From Candidatus Latescibacterota bacterium (GTDB lineage Bacteria > Latescibacterota > UBA2968 > UBA8231), in contig OZ242005.1 in the NCBI GenBank assembly GCA_965204725.1, positions 416,001-480,000 of the forward strand: DNA of 64,000 nt, in the 5' to 3' direction. Within the stretch, counting starts at the first letter, position 1. The number at the start of each line of letters is the position of its first letter. This document shows positions 28,501-37,474 of this stretch, in pieces. The notes beneath the pieces are model-generated. The model was not told where the DNA came from, ran no database searches, and was given only the letters and a program-made list of their open reading frames with translations. The position numbers and the translations under genes were made by a program.

Positions 28501-30548
28501 TTAACATTGGCGATCGTCGTCGGGCGACCCGCCCTAGAGCTCTGGTGATATTCCCCAACCCCCGACTGTGCCCGACTCGCCGCTACGGAAGTACCGGTAA
28601 AACGCACGTCCGAGACAAACACATAATAGTTCGATAACCGATCAGGGCACTCGGATGGGCAGTCGGTACGGTTGTATATCTGGATATTGTCGATATAGCT
28701 GACTGAACCCAGATCCACTTCCCACCAGTTTTCAGAACCGAACTCCGTGTGAGAAACCTGATTGCCGGACCCTCCGGTATTGCCATCCACCGCTCGACTC
28801 GCAACAGAGTAGTTCAACGTACCCGACTGATAGGCGGGCTTGCCCTGTGCCAAGTTACTAATCGTGGCGGTAGCCACTTGAAAACGTCGCGTCACTTCAT
28901 CGGCATAGTACGTAACATCGCCGCTGTTCTTGGCCTTGATCACCACTTCCCCGGTTCCACTGCCTACCGTCACCTTGTTACCCACAAGGGTGGCCGAACC
29001 CGATACCACTTCATAGCTGACGGTCAAACCGAACGCATTCGTGGTGGCATTCAGGTAGAAGACCTCGTTGGGGTATTTGTTCGGAATCGCCGGAAAGGTA
29101 ATACGCTGCACGGTCTTGCCATCGTTGATCCGACCCAGCAGGTCATAGCGGGTCATCAGGCTCCAGCTTGACCCGCCATCGGTGGTCGAGATCAAGGGAG
29201 TCGGATACGCCGAGAACCACTGGAAGGGGCAGTTGTGGCAGATCCCCTGGTTCGTGCCTTCGTCCAGCCCCACCAGATAGAGATTACGACGCCCGGATTG
29301 GCGGTCCATAAACAAACGCTGATGCGGCACCGAATGATTGTTCTTCACCTCCACATCCGGGGCCAGCAATATCTTCTCGGCGTCCCAAGCCGTCGCACTT
29401 CTGGGACGCCGTGAATAGCCCACACCCAGATAGGGGTTAGAAGAATAGGACCGGTAGCTCGTGTGCAGGGTATCGCCGTCATCAATTACCAGATCGACAT
29501 AGGTCGTCTGCCTACTGACATTGGGCACGTTGGAATTCTGGTTGGTTAGGGTCGAGGTGGTATTGGTGCTGGTCGCCTTATAGTAAGGAAAGGTCTCCCC
29601 GTGGGTGCCCAAAAGAACAATCACAGTATCCGTTGAAGTAATACCGATGACCGGCATAGAGTGGTTATCGGCCCCACTGTGCGCATTGGGATATCCGTGG
29701 GTTTGCGCGAGATGGGCATGATGGTCAATGTTTTTCGTTGCCCGGTCTATCGTCGCCACCCAGATCCGCGAACTGTTGGAATCGTTGCCACTGGCGTCTT
29801 TCTCCGACAAATAGGTAACATGTATTTTGCCGTTCTTGCTAACCACCGAGGGTGTTCCGCCGGAATGCGAATAATGCGGTTCTGCATGGGTCGATGCCAG
29901 ATCAAGAGAATCACTCAAGCTCAGGGTGCCATCGCTGTTCTTAGAGGGTATATACAGGCGAATTCTAGCCCGCTGGGCAGACTGAAGACCTCTCGCATCC
30001 CATGCTATAATCGCGGGGGGGTTGGAATTGTCGCCATGACTCATGTTTTTTTCGATGTTAACAGGATTAGGAAGATCGTAGGTATGGAAAACTGGGGAAG
30101 ATGCGGTAATATCGGGCGAATACAGCAAGCGCCATGTGCCAGTAGTCGACATAGACGCATAGAGCGCATTGCTGCTATCAATGGTTACCTCGGTATAAAA
30201 CTTCTCAGCGAATCCTGTCCAACCCGCCGTACTATAATCAATATCGTGCCACAGCCCATTGCGCAGCGTCCTGATCTTGCCTGTCAACGTGCCTGTCCGG
30301 TCTGCTAAAAAATAGGGGCGGTTTTTGGAATCAAAGGCAATAGCAAGCCCCATGGGCGTATCCACACCTTCTACCTGTATCGGTTGCTGCGAGTGGGGCG
30401 GATAGGTCCAAACCGGAAACGCAGCATGAGCGGTGGTGCTCACACTCAACAGGCCCAATAGCAAAAGCAGGGACCACCAGACACCAGATAAGGCACGAAA
30501 TGTTGATCCGCAACGTCCTTTTCGCACATAAGGCGTCTTCCCGCGCAA
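25521..30548 (-). CDS. Giant surface adhesin B, paralogue of A with a single PKD-like repeat
   Basis: 1675 aa; same domain order and largely the same sequence as adhesin A; start uncertain (TTG 30548 or the GTG six codons downstream). Confidence 0.87.
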   Translation of the reverse strand: MRGKTPYVRKGRCGSTFRALSGVWWSLLLLLGLLSVSTTAHAAFPVWTYPPHSQQPIQVEGVDTPMGLAIAFDSKNRPYFLADRTGTLTGKIRTLRNGLWHDIDYSTAGWTGFAEKFYTEVTIDSSNALYASMSTTGTWRLLYSPDITASSPVFHTYDLPNPVNIEKNMSHGDNSNPPAIIAWDARGLQSAQRARIRLYIPSKNSDGTLSLSDSLDLASTHAEPHYSHSGGTPSVVSKNGKIHVTYLSEKDASGNDSNSSRIWVATIDRATKNIDHHAHLAQTHGYPNAHSGADNHSMPVIGITSTDTVIVLLGTHGETFPYYKATSTNTTSTLTNQNSNVPNVSRQTTYVDLVIDDGDTLHTSYRSYSSNPYLGVGYSRRPRSATAWDAEKILLAPDVEVKNNHSVPHQRLFMDRQSGRRNLYLVGLDEGTNQGICHNCPFQWFSAYPTPLISTTDGGSSWSLMTRYDLLGRINDGKTVQRITFPAIPNKYPNEVFYLNATTNAFGLTVSYEVVSGSATLVGNKVTVGSGTGEVVIKAKNSGDVTYYADEVTRRFQVATATISNLAQGKPAYQSGTLNYSVASRAVDGNTGGSGNQVSHTEFGSENWWEVDLGSVSYIDNIQIYNRTDCPSECPDRLSNYYVFVSDVRFTGTSVAASRAQSGVGEYHQSSRAGRPTTIANVNRTGRYVRVQLTGSNYLHMAEVKVNGSYSVADTAPDAFTFTAQNGVMPSTTITSNTVTISGLNGAAPISVTGGTLVVDGNDFTGATITNAQTVAVKVTSSSAFRTATTATVTIGGVSADFSVTTDFSMATDRMPTFGQQTISNQAWSQNQAITAFTLPTASGGNGTLTYTLSPSLPRGVTRNTTTQRVSGTPSVNQAATTYTWKVTDIDNDPATLTFTIAVNGIPTANAGDDQTVDEGDAVSLSGSGTDPESSALTYSWTQTGGTPTVTLTGATTQTPSFTAPDLTTDATLTFTLTVSDGSLTGTDTVEITVTADPNRAPVASSAIAAQTLTVGSPNITVNAADHFSDPDGDALTYTARSSAPDIVPVSVAGAVVTIRPAAVGDATITVTANDGTLKAEQTIEVAVIQAAHTPETTPDAFSFTPRTQVSPSATVTSNAITVSGLSVPASISVRGGTLVVDGSTFTGATVANGQTVAVQVRASSRYAATTTATVTIGGVSVDFSVTTRTPNTTPGSFSFTAQTGVDPGATVTSNAITVRGLEAPTSISVSGGTLVVNGRAFSGSTITNRQTVAVQVTASVGFNTTTIATVTIGGVSADFVVTTAEVMLNEITFSAEELSVGINEAFDPTTLTYTADVAHAESRLTGTAAAATGQVAIITPDDADPELAGHQVDLAVGTTAIIFQVTASDGTTARYYTVLVRRPPGQVTGVTIEPRAGQLVVSWEQVPGADGYKVQWKTDDQAFDDVRQMTIISGTTTTATIPNLTAGTTYSVQVIATETDAGAGTASTPSTDMPRAAPPGQVTGVQVMAGVGQLHVSWTAVPGADGYKVQWKTGAQAYDPATRQATVPDTTAQAEAAYDRTTRQAAVPIPTSYIIPGLAADTQYTVRVIATRTLADDGMPSAEATGTPNASLLNNPNPFNASTMIHYALAHGQPVRLTIYNVLGQVVARLVDGYQAAGVYHVRWEAPRTLASGVYLVRLRLREDVQIRRILLIK

Positions 30549-30644
30549 GCGGGAAACGCCCGCGCAAGCGGGAAACGCCCGCGCTTCCCACCCGTCATTC
30601 CCGCGAACGCGGGAATCCAGCCTTGAATGATATGGAGTAGCTTA
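30528..30644. repeat. Degenerate MITE with palindrome family A and an internal ~19-bp tandem duplication
   Basis: CCGCGCAAGCGGGAAACGC twice, then GTCATTCCCGCGAACGCGGGAATCCAG. Confidence 0.78.
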
Positions 30645-30658
30645 AACACTAGGGGGGC

Positions 30659-32716
30659 CTAGTCTTCCGGGTTAAACTCCAAAGCGAGGATCGACGCCCT
30701 AAGCTGGACATTTCTTCTGACTTCGGCGGCGATTTTTTCGGGATCGATCTCCGGCTCGTCCCAACTCGCTCGCCAAATACTATACTCGGACTCTATATCG
30801 AATCCACTTCGACGCGGTTCGCTCTCAACCACATAGAACAGCCGACTCCCAGCCATATCAAGGGCAATGCGCCGAGGCCCCCCCACGAAACGGGGGTAGG
30901 AGATGGCGAATACGTCTTCGACGCTACGACCATCCAAGCCACTCCCATCCAAGTTGGCACACTGCACTACCCTGCGGTCTCTATCGCGGTGCCTCACCCC
31001 CACCCAACACGCGCGATTCTCGGATAAATCCACGGTAAATTCTATCACATCTACTATGTCATAAGCACGGACGTTTCCGACGCCAGTATGGGAATAACGG
31101 ACGATTTCTTGGGGATCGCTTCCATCTATATTGGTGCGCCAGAGGCCAAATCTAGAATTCCAGTATATGCGGTCCTCAACCGTCCACAGGCTTTGTACCC
31201 ACGGAGACAAGTCTCCCAAGGGGTTGACCTCGTCCGCATCAAAATCCGTGAGCGCAACTATTCCATAGTATGTATCGCCAATCCTCTTCTCGTCCGTCCA
31301 ATATACTACGGACCCCTTGGCGGACCCTACGATGCTAAAAGTGGCTCCCACAGGCACGTCGCTGGGAATGAGTTCCCTATCTCTCCCGTCGAGACTTTGT
31401 CGATAGAAAACGTAGTTTCCCGAAAACTCCACCGCCCAAAATATCCGACCTTGTGCCAAATTTATATAGGGGGGAGCAATCGAGTGGGAGGCGATCTCTT
31501 GAGGTGCGCTTCCATCAAGGGTAGCCGACCAAATGTGGTATGTCCATCGCTCGTTGTTTTGCTGGTACTCTGTCCACCAGTAGAATATGCGGTTCCCAGC
31601 TACATCTAAAGCATAGGACGCGACATGGCTACTCTCTGGGGCCGAAACGATTTCTTCCGCTCCGCTTCCGTCTAACTTGGCCCGCCAGACGGACGTCTGA
31701 TCCACAGGACCTTGTAACCAGTACATATAGCCCCTACCCACATCCAAGGTAAAATTTTCACGGAAAAATTGGCCTGCGGGGAAGAGGTACACTCGCTCCT
31801 TATTGCTCCCGTCTAAGTTGGCGCGATAGATAACATACTTGTCCTCCGTCCTTCTGCCCGTATCGGTATCCCGCCAAGTGTTCTCAAGCCACCATATCCG
31901 GCCCCCACCCGGGTAGGACTGAGCAGAAGCGACGCTATCGGTGCTAGCTTCGGGCGGGTCACTTGGCTCGCTCGGCGGGGGGGTCGCCTCCTCGGCACAT
32001 TCTTCAAGGATCTCAAAAAGGTTGGTCGCCCCTTCGTGGCACGTAGTCGCCTTTCCCGCAGCCACCGGCTCAACTACGATGGCGATTCGCCCCGGTCCCA
32101 CGCGGAAGGCCGGGTCCACATAAGGCACCAAGCCCTCGCCGGAGACAGTCAATCCATAAACAGGGTCATCCGCGGCCCCCGCCGCTCGCATCGGCCCCCC
32201 AGCCCCCGCCACAGGCACCCCGGCCTGCCCATCCACCAACACCATCCGCCGCGTCACCGTCGCGCCGCCGCTACTCAACCGATAGAGGTACACGCCCGCC
32301 CCCACGGCCCGGCCCGCCGCATCCGTGCCGTCCCATTGCGCTGTATGCGCCCCGCCGACCAGTTCGCCATCAACGACCGTCGCCACCCGCTGCCCCATCA
32401 TATTGAACACTTCGAGCCGCACCTCGCCAGACGTCGGCAGATGAAAGGGAATGAGGGTGGAAGGATTGAACGGATTGGGGTAATTCGGCCCCAGCGCAAA
32501 GGCCGTACCCGCTGAGAAGGCTTGCAGCACAAAACGCCCAGCCGCGTCCGTCGTCGTGCCGACGAACCGATCCCGATCGGCCAAATCAAACAGCCGCACC
32601 TGCACCCCAACCGCCGGCTCCCCAGACGCCAAGCGCACACGCCCTTCGAGCAGCGGCTCCGCCCCAACGCTCACGCTCAACACCAGACCAACGAAACAGC
32701 CGATAAACGACGTCAC
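30659..32716 (-). CDS. Secreted protein with N-proximal T9SS-A/FlgD-like domain and C-terminal LDLR class B (YWTD)-like propeller
   Basis: 685 aa; NYPNPFNPST..WDGTDAAGRAVGAGVY near the N-terminus; repeated YW..R.NLDGS units. Confidence 0.8.
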   Translation of the reverse strand: MTSFIGCFVGLVLSVSVGAEPLLEGRVRLASGEPAVGVQVRLFDLADRDRFVGTTTDAAGRFVLQAFSAGTAFALGPNYPNPFNPSTLIPFHLPTSGEVRLEVFNMMGQRVATVVDGELVGGAHTAQWDGTDAAGRAVGAGVYLYRLSSGGATVTRRMVLVDGQAGVPVAGAGGPMRAAGAADDPVYGLTVSGEGLVPYVDPAFRVGPGRIAIVVEPVAAGKATTCHEGATNLFEILEECAEEATPPPSEPSDPPEASTDSVASAQSYPGGGRIWWLENTWRDTDTGRRTEDKYVIYRANLDGSNKERVYLFPAGQFFRENFTLDVGRGYMYWLQGPVDQTSVWRAKLDGSGAEEIVSAPESSHVASYALDVAGNRIFYWWTEYQQNNERWTYHIWSATLDGSAPQEIASHSIAPPYINLAQGRIFWAVEFSGNYVFYRQSLDGRDRELIPSDVPVGATFSIVGSAKGSVVYWTDEKRIGDTYYGIVALTDFDADEVNPLGDLSPWVQSLWTVEDRIYWNSRFGLWRTNIDGSDPQEIVRYSHTGVGNVRAYDIVDVIEFTVDLSENRACWVGVRHRDRDRRVVQCANLDGSGLDGRSVEDVFAISYPRFVGGPRRIALDMAGSRLFYVVESEPRRSGFDIESEYSIWRASWDEPEIDPEKIAAEVRRNVQLRASILALEFNPED

Positions 32717-32720
32717 GAGT

Positions 32721-32807
32721 CTACTCCTTTAGAAAAGAGAGGGAACTATACAGAAGGTCGCGCTCGGCGGCCTGCAACATCGCCCTTGCACATTTAAGGT
32801 CGCTCAT
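32721..32807 (-). pseudogene. Truncated HEPN-like gene start, copy 2
   Basis: MSDLKCARAMLQAAERDL then LYSSLSFLKE-stop. Confidence 0.6.
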
Positions 32808-33144
32808 AAAGCACCTTTCCCTCGCGCAGCGCCCGCGCCAAAACGTGGTTGAGGGAATCGCGCCAGTAGGCGACGTCTGCACGGGAATAGACCAAGACAT
32901 CGGCCGGGACGGAAAATCCCGCTAGCGCGTGGTAGAGCCGGACCATCTCTTGGTGGCGACTGCGCCCCGGACCGAACGGCTCGGCTTCCAAGACGATCAG
33001 ATCGACATCCGAGTCTTCCCGCTCGTCGCCCCGGCCACGAGAGCCGAAGAGCATTACCTGCTCGGGATCGACTTCGGCGACGATGGCCTGGACCATCTGC
33101 TCAATGAGGGTGTCGGTGATATATAGCTGTTCTACATCCTTCAT
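32794..33144 (-). CDS. MNT antitoxin copy 2, with start region replaced by MITE sequence
   Basis: Nearly identical to 24287-24622 from YITDTL onward; nearest in-frame ATG (33144) lies in the MITE. Confidence 0.8.
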   Translation of the reverse strand: MKDVEQLYITDTLIEQMVQAIVAEVDPEQVMLFGSRGRGDEREDSDVDLIVLEAEPFGPGRSRHQEMVRLYHALAGFSVPADVLVYSRADVAYWRDSLNHVLARALREGKVLYERP

Positions 33145-33281
33145 AAGGGATGGTCTTTGGGTATGAGATACTTCGCTACGCTCAGTATGACAAGTCTGGG
33201 GCACGAGGCTCCCGTCTCTGTGTCATGCTGAGCGTAGCGAAGCATCTCTACATGCTTGCAAGTCATTTAGGACGGCTAATA
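33122..33281. mobile_element. MITE with TATAGC..TCCTA-type ends carrying an inverted pair of palindrome family C (GTCATGCTGAGCG.AGCGAAGCATCT)
   Basis: TATAGCTGTTCTACAT ... ATTTAGGACGGCTA; homologous to 59550-59719. Confidence 0.82.
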
Positions 33282-33355
33282 GCTATTTATAGCGATAACC
33301 TATGTCGCGTTGCCTGTCAAGCAGTCCACACCCCCTACAAGCGGCGCATTCAGGG

Positions 33356-35335
33356 TCAATACATGCGGATTACATTGCCCGTCATTCCGGTGAAGCCATC
33401 CACGACCAGCCACGCCCCGCCCGAAGCGAACTGCCCGAGGATCACCCCCAAAAAGAACCAGCGCGTCGAGCGGTAGCCGCCCGGCCCCATGTACTTCAAA
33501 ACGACGGATTTAATCAGCCAAGCGAGAAAGATGCTGAACCAGATATTGCCGAGGATCCAAGTGCCGCTGGTCACGTAGCCTATCGGATGCAAAGGCCACC
33601 ACAACAAATGGTGGCGCGCCCACAGCAACAGCGCCATCACCGCGGCCCCGACTCCGTTCCAGAGCCACCCCAGCCAATAGGGGCCGGTCGGCGTCTCGAT
33701 GAAACGGGCGGCAAAGCGAAAAGGCTCCAAGGCGAAAAGCCCGGAGAAGTACTGCCGGTGCAGGTTGAGCGCCCCGTATTGGTAGCCCAAGTTCAAGGTC
33801 GCATAGATCGAACCCAAGAGGCCGATAGCCAGCGCCGCGGCTAGCATCGCCAAGACGCGCCGCGGCCCGACCTTGAGGCCGTGCAACAGGCGGATGCCGT
33901 TGGCGCAAGGGGCCATCATAAAGACCAGCAGATCGCCCGCCCAAGCGAGGGTAAAGCCCAGCGCCATCATCCCGGTCGCCCCCAGCGCGGTCGAGCCGAC
34001 GCCCGAGACCACAAAGCCCGCGCCCGAAAGCCCCTCCACAGCCGACGAAAGCCCGGCTTCGACTATCACGCGGGTGAGGGCGAAGAAGATGGCGAAGGCC
34101 GCGCCGAGAAACAGCACCACCGCCCACCAAGGCAACCCGGTCTGCCACAGCCACAAGCCCATGACGGCCAAGCCCACGACCAAGCCGCCCACGGCCGTCC
34201 GGTAGGACAACAACTCGCCGGCCGCGCTGCCGCCGGCTCGGGCCTGCTGCCACACGGCCTTTAGGTGCCCGCGCGCCGTCCACAGCCCCAAGACGACCAG
34301 CGCGATCATCGCGCCCATGCTCTGATGGCTCAACATGCCCGTAGTGGGACCAGCATGGCTGAAGGCGTCGAGCTGCTCGGTGGTGAAGACGCCGAGGGTC
34401 GCGCAGGCCCATTCTTGCGCTTTGGCCAGCAGATAGAAAAACCACAAGCTGCCGGAGATGCCTGTGTTGATAAAATAGGCCAAGCCCATCATCAGGTAGT
34501 TGAGTCGGATGCGCAGGACGACCGCGTCGTGCCCCAAAGACAGCGGCAGGTTGAGGTCAACGCGCGGCGCGAACTCGTAGTAGTGGCTAAAGGAATTGAT
34601 CGTATTGAGGATCGCCGGAACCGCAAAGCCAGCCCACATGATTGGATTGCGCAAAAAGGGCTTTAGGCGCGCCGGGCGCGGGCCGTCCTCAATCATCCCC
34701 AAGGGCACCTGCACCAGCGGGTAGAGCAACCGCTCGTGGTCCATCCACTGCCGCCGCATAATCACCATCGCGCATATAAGCACGAGATAAAAAGCGGCCA
34801 TGAAGAACAACCACCACGACAACGGCCCGACCCAAGCACCCCAAGGGATGGATTGGCCGCGCGGCAGCCCTTCGTAAAACTGCTTGATTGCCACCTCGTC
34901 TTGGACGATCAGCGAAGGGGGAATGTGGGGCAGCAGCAGCTCGACCCAGTTGTTTTCTGGCGTCGCGTAGTAGAGCACGCTGGAAATGGCGGGAATGGCG
35001 GCTCCGGTAAAGCCCCTCGACGGGATGGCCGTTGCCAGCATCATCATCGCGGTAATCAGCAGCAACTCGGCGCGGTTGAACGCCCAGTGCCGTCGCACCA
35101 ACCCCAGCAGCGGTTGCACCAGCGCGACCAGCCAGAAGAGCAGGAAAAAGGCGGCTGGTGTCGATGAACTCAACCCCAGCCGAGTGCCCTTGATGACGAA
35201 TTCCCCATAAGGCAGCCCCACCGAGATCAGGGCGCAAAGCCCAAGGCCCGTCAGCATCGCCGGCAGGCGAATTGCGGGGGCAGGTTGGGAGGTTGGGGAC
35301 ATGGGCGGGGGAGGGGGTTGGTGAGCAGTGGCCAC
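33356..35335 (-). CDS. Polytopic membrane protein, DUF6785/DUF6784 type (putative transporter)
   Basis: 659 aa; RRQWMDHERLLYPLVQVP, TRVIVEAG, WWPLHPIGY. Confidence 0.78.
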   Translation of the reverse strand: MATAHQPPPPPMSPTSQPAPAIRLPAMLTGLGLCALISVGLPYGEFVIKGTRLGLSSSTPAAFFLLFWLVALVQPLLGLVRRHWAFNRAELLLITAMMMLATAIPSRGFTGAAIPAISSVLYYATPENNWVELLLPHIPPSLIVQDEVAIKQFYEGLPRGQSIPWGAWVGPLSWWLFFMAAFYLVLICAMVIMRRQWMDHERLLYPLVQVPLGMIEDGPRPARLKPFLRNPIMWAGFAVPAILNTINSFSHYYEFAPRVDLNLPLSLGHDAVVLRIRLNYLMMGLAYFINTGISGSLWFFYLLAKAQEWACATLGVFTTEQLDAFSHAGPTTGMLSHQSMGAMIALVVLGLWTARGHLKAVWQQARAGGSAAGELLSYRTAVGGLVVGLAVMGLWLWQTGLPWWAVVLFLGAAFAIFFALTRVIVEAGLSSAVEGLSGAGFVVSGVGSTALGATGMMALGFTLAWAGDLLVFMMAPCANGIRLLHGLKVGPRRVLAMLAAALAIGLLGSIYATLNLGYQYGALNLHRQYFSGLFALEPFRFAARFIETPTGPYWLGWLWNGVGAAVMALLLWARHHLLWWPLHPIGYVTSGTWILGNIWFSIFLAWLIKSVVLKYMGPGGYRSTRWFFLGVILGQFASGGAWLVVDGFTGMTGNVIRMY

Positions 35336-35475
35336 GGACTAGCGGCGAGAAACGTAGCCAAATCCGCCAATACCCGTCAATAAGCGGCCCGGTTACTTAG
35401 TTGCCGTTACTGGCAAAAAGCCGCTAACTATGCTTCATAGCGAACTGCCCCACTAACTACGGAAAGGACGGACCT

Positions 35476-37434
35476 ATGGAGCGCAAAATATACGCCTTTG
35501 GCATGGACGGCTTTATCGTCCCGATGATGAAACGATTCGCCGCCGAAGGGGCCTTGCCCCACTTTGAACGCCTGTTGCGAGAGGGCGCGGTCAACCAGAC
35601 GCTGCCCTCTTTCCCGGTGTGGACCCCGACCAACTGGGCCACGCTTTCGACCGGAGCGCACACGGGTACGCACGGGGTGACGCGCTGGCGGGTGGAAGTC
35701 GCGCCGGGCCAGCGGATCGACAGTTTCGACGGGCGGGCCAACAACGCCGAGCGGATATGGAACGCCTTGGAGCGGGCGGGCATGCAGAGCGTGGCCGTCC
35801 ACTATCCGGCGGCCCATCCTTCCGGGGTGAAAACGGGCTTTGTCGTCGATGGCTTCGGCCATCCCGGCCACCGCAGCACGGATTTTGAAGTCGCCACCTG
35901 CCAAGCCTATACCACAGATGCCTCGCTGGAAGAGGCCATCGAGATGGACCACGATGGCACGGCCGTGCGGCAGGCCCAGCGCAGCGTCGAGCCGATCCCC
36001 CCGCTGAAGCCGGCGCAAGGGTGGCGGAACTTGCCCGCGAGCAAGGCCCCGCCGCTGGCGAGCCGCATTGAGATAGCCGCTCGGTTGGGCGGCGATGTCA
36101 CGGCGTTCCACCTGCTGGCAGTCGCCACGGCCGGACGAGGGTACGACCGAGTGCTGGTGTGTCGCGATCGGGACGGTGCCAGTTGCGTGGCCGTTGCCGA
36201 GAAGGGCGAATGGAGCGAGTGGGCGGTGGAGAACTTTGCCATCAGTGGGAGCAAACGCCCGGCCTCGCTCCGCTTCAAGCTGATGGAACTGGCCGCAGAC
36301 GGCAGCCGCCTCAAGCTCTACCGCACTCAGGCTACCTATACCGATGGCTTCACCCTGCCCGACGAGTTGGCTGGCGAGTTGGTGGAGCGCTTTGGGCCGT
36401 ATCAGGAACACGCCTCCATGCTGCCCTATACCGCTGGGATGGCCGATTTTGACACGGCCTTGGAAGAATGCGAGTACCAAGGAATGTGGTTTGCCGAAGT
36501 CGCCCGCTACATGCTGCGCGAGCGGGGCTGTTCCTTTTTCATCTGCCACTGGCATTTGTTCGACTACCTCAACCACATCCACCTCGGGGACGTGGACCCC
36601 GTGTGCCCGGGGTACGCGGCCGAGCGCGCCGAACAGTACGTAGATTACTTTCGGCGGGCCTATCAGGTGGGGGACCGCATTTTGGGGCGGCTGTGGGAAG
36701 ACGCAGACGAGCATACGTACGTGGGCGTGGTGTCTGACCACGGGTGCTCGCCCGATGTGCGGGTAGCCAATATCCGGCAGTTTTTGCACGAGCAGGGCTT
36801 TCTGGCACTCAAGGATGGGGCAGAGGGACTGGTGCGCGATCAGGTGCGCGAGGAGGATATCGACTGGGCGCGCACCCGGGCCTACCTCAAGGACGACAAG
36901 GGATTCGACATTTTCATCAACGCCGATCCGGGACCCGAATTCGACCGCATTGAGGCCGAGTTGCTGCTGGCCTTGCGCACGTGGGTTGATCAAGAAGTGC
37001 GGCGCAATCCCGTGGCCGTGGCCCTGCCGCGGCGCGACGCGTACCTCCTCGGCCAGTGGGGGGACCAATGCGGCGATGTGGTCTTTGCTTGGGATCACGG
37101 GTACGTCAGCGGGTACTACGGGCAGTGGCGGGGCATTGCCGGCGGGGGCTGTGTTGGAGCACCCAATGAGTACGGAGCGCATCACGGCGGGTTTCTGCCG
37201 ACCCAGAGCCAGACCTCGTCCAGCTTTGGCTCGTGGTTGCTGGCCGGGCCGGGCGTAAAGCGGGGATACGAGCGGCCGGTTGACACTCTGGGGTACATCC
37301 ACGCCGCCGACGTCGTGCCCACCTTCTGCCAGATGCTGGGGGCCGAGCCGCCGCGCCAAGCGCAGGGGACGGTGGCGCGGGATTTGTTTGCGGGGCACGA
37401 AATGGTCCGGGAGCGGGCGGCTAACCCAGCTTGA
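35476..37434 (+). CDS. Alkaline phosphatase superfamily protein (nucleotide pyrophosphatase/phosphodiesterase type)
   Basis: FGMDG, WTPTNWATLSTG, DYLNH, VVSDHG, DVVPT; AAGGA SD. Confidence 0.88.
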   Translation: MERKIYAFGMDGFIVPMMKRFAAEGALPHFERLLREGAVNQTLPSFPVWTPTNWATLSTGAHTGTHGVTRWRVEVAPGQRIDSFDGRANNAERIWNALERAGMQSVAVHYPAAHPSGVKTGFVVDGFGHPGHRSTDFEVATCQAYTTDASLEEAIEMDHDGTAVRQAQRSVEPIPPLKPAQGWRNLPASKAPPLASRIEIAARLGGDVTAFHLLAVATAGRGYDRVLVCRDRDGASCVAVAEKGEWSEWAVENFAISGSKRPASLRFKLMELAADGSRLKLYRTQATYTDGFTLPDELAGELVERFGPYQEHASMLPYTAGMADFDTALEECEYQGMWFAEVARYMLRERGCSFFICHWHLFDYLNHIHLGDVDPVCPGYAAERAEQYVDYFRRAYQVGDRILGRLWEDADEHTYVGVVSDHGCSPDVRVANIRQFLHEQGFLALKDGAEGLVRDQVREEDIDWARTRAYLKDDKGFDIFINADPGPEFDRIEAELLLALRTWVDQEVRRNPVAVALPRRDAYLLGQWGDQCGDVVFAWDHGYVSGYYGQWRGIAGGGCVGAPNEYGAHHGGFLPTQSQTSSSFGSWLLAGPGVKRGYERPVDTLGYIHAADVVPTFCQMLGAEPPRQAQGTVARDLFAGHEMVRERAANPA

Positions 37435-37474
37435 GGCGAGTTATCCAACCCACGCACCTACTTGAGGAGCAACC

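Noticed and set aside
22490-30330. Diversity-generating retroelement behind the adhesin variation
   Set aside because: No reverse transcriptase or template repeat seen; differences include indels and are not restricted to adenines
15093-33349. Integron cassette array or prophage
   Set aside because: No integrase, attC-type sites or phage genes seen
35428-37398. 656-aa minus-strand ORF, and similar long antisense ORFs such as 15952-17205, 26283-27536 and 53869-55008
   Set aside because: Shadows of well-supported genes in GC-rich DNA, with no recognisable motifs
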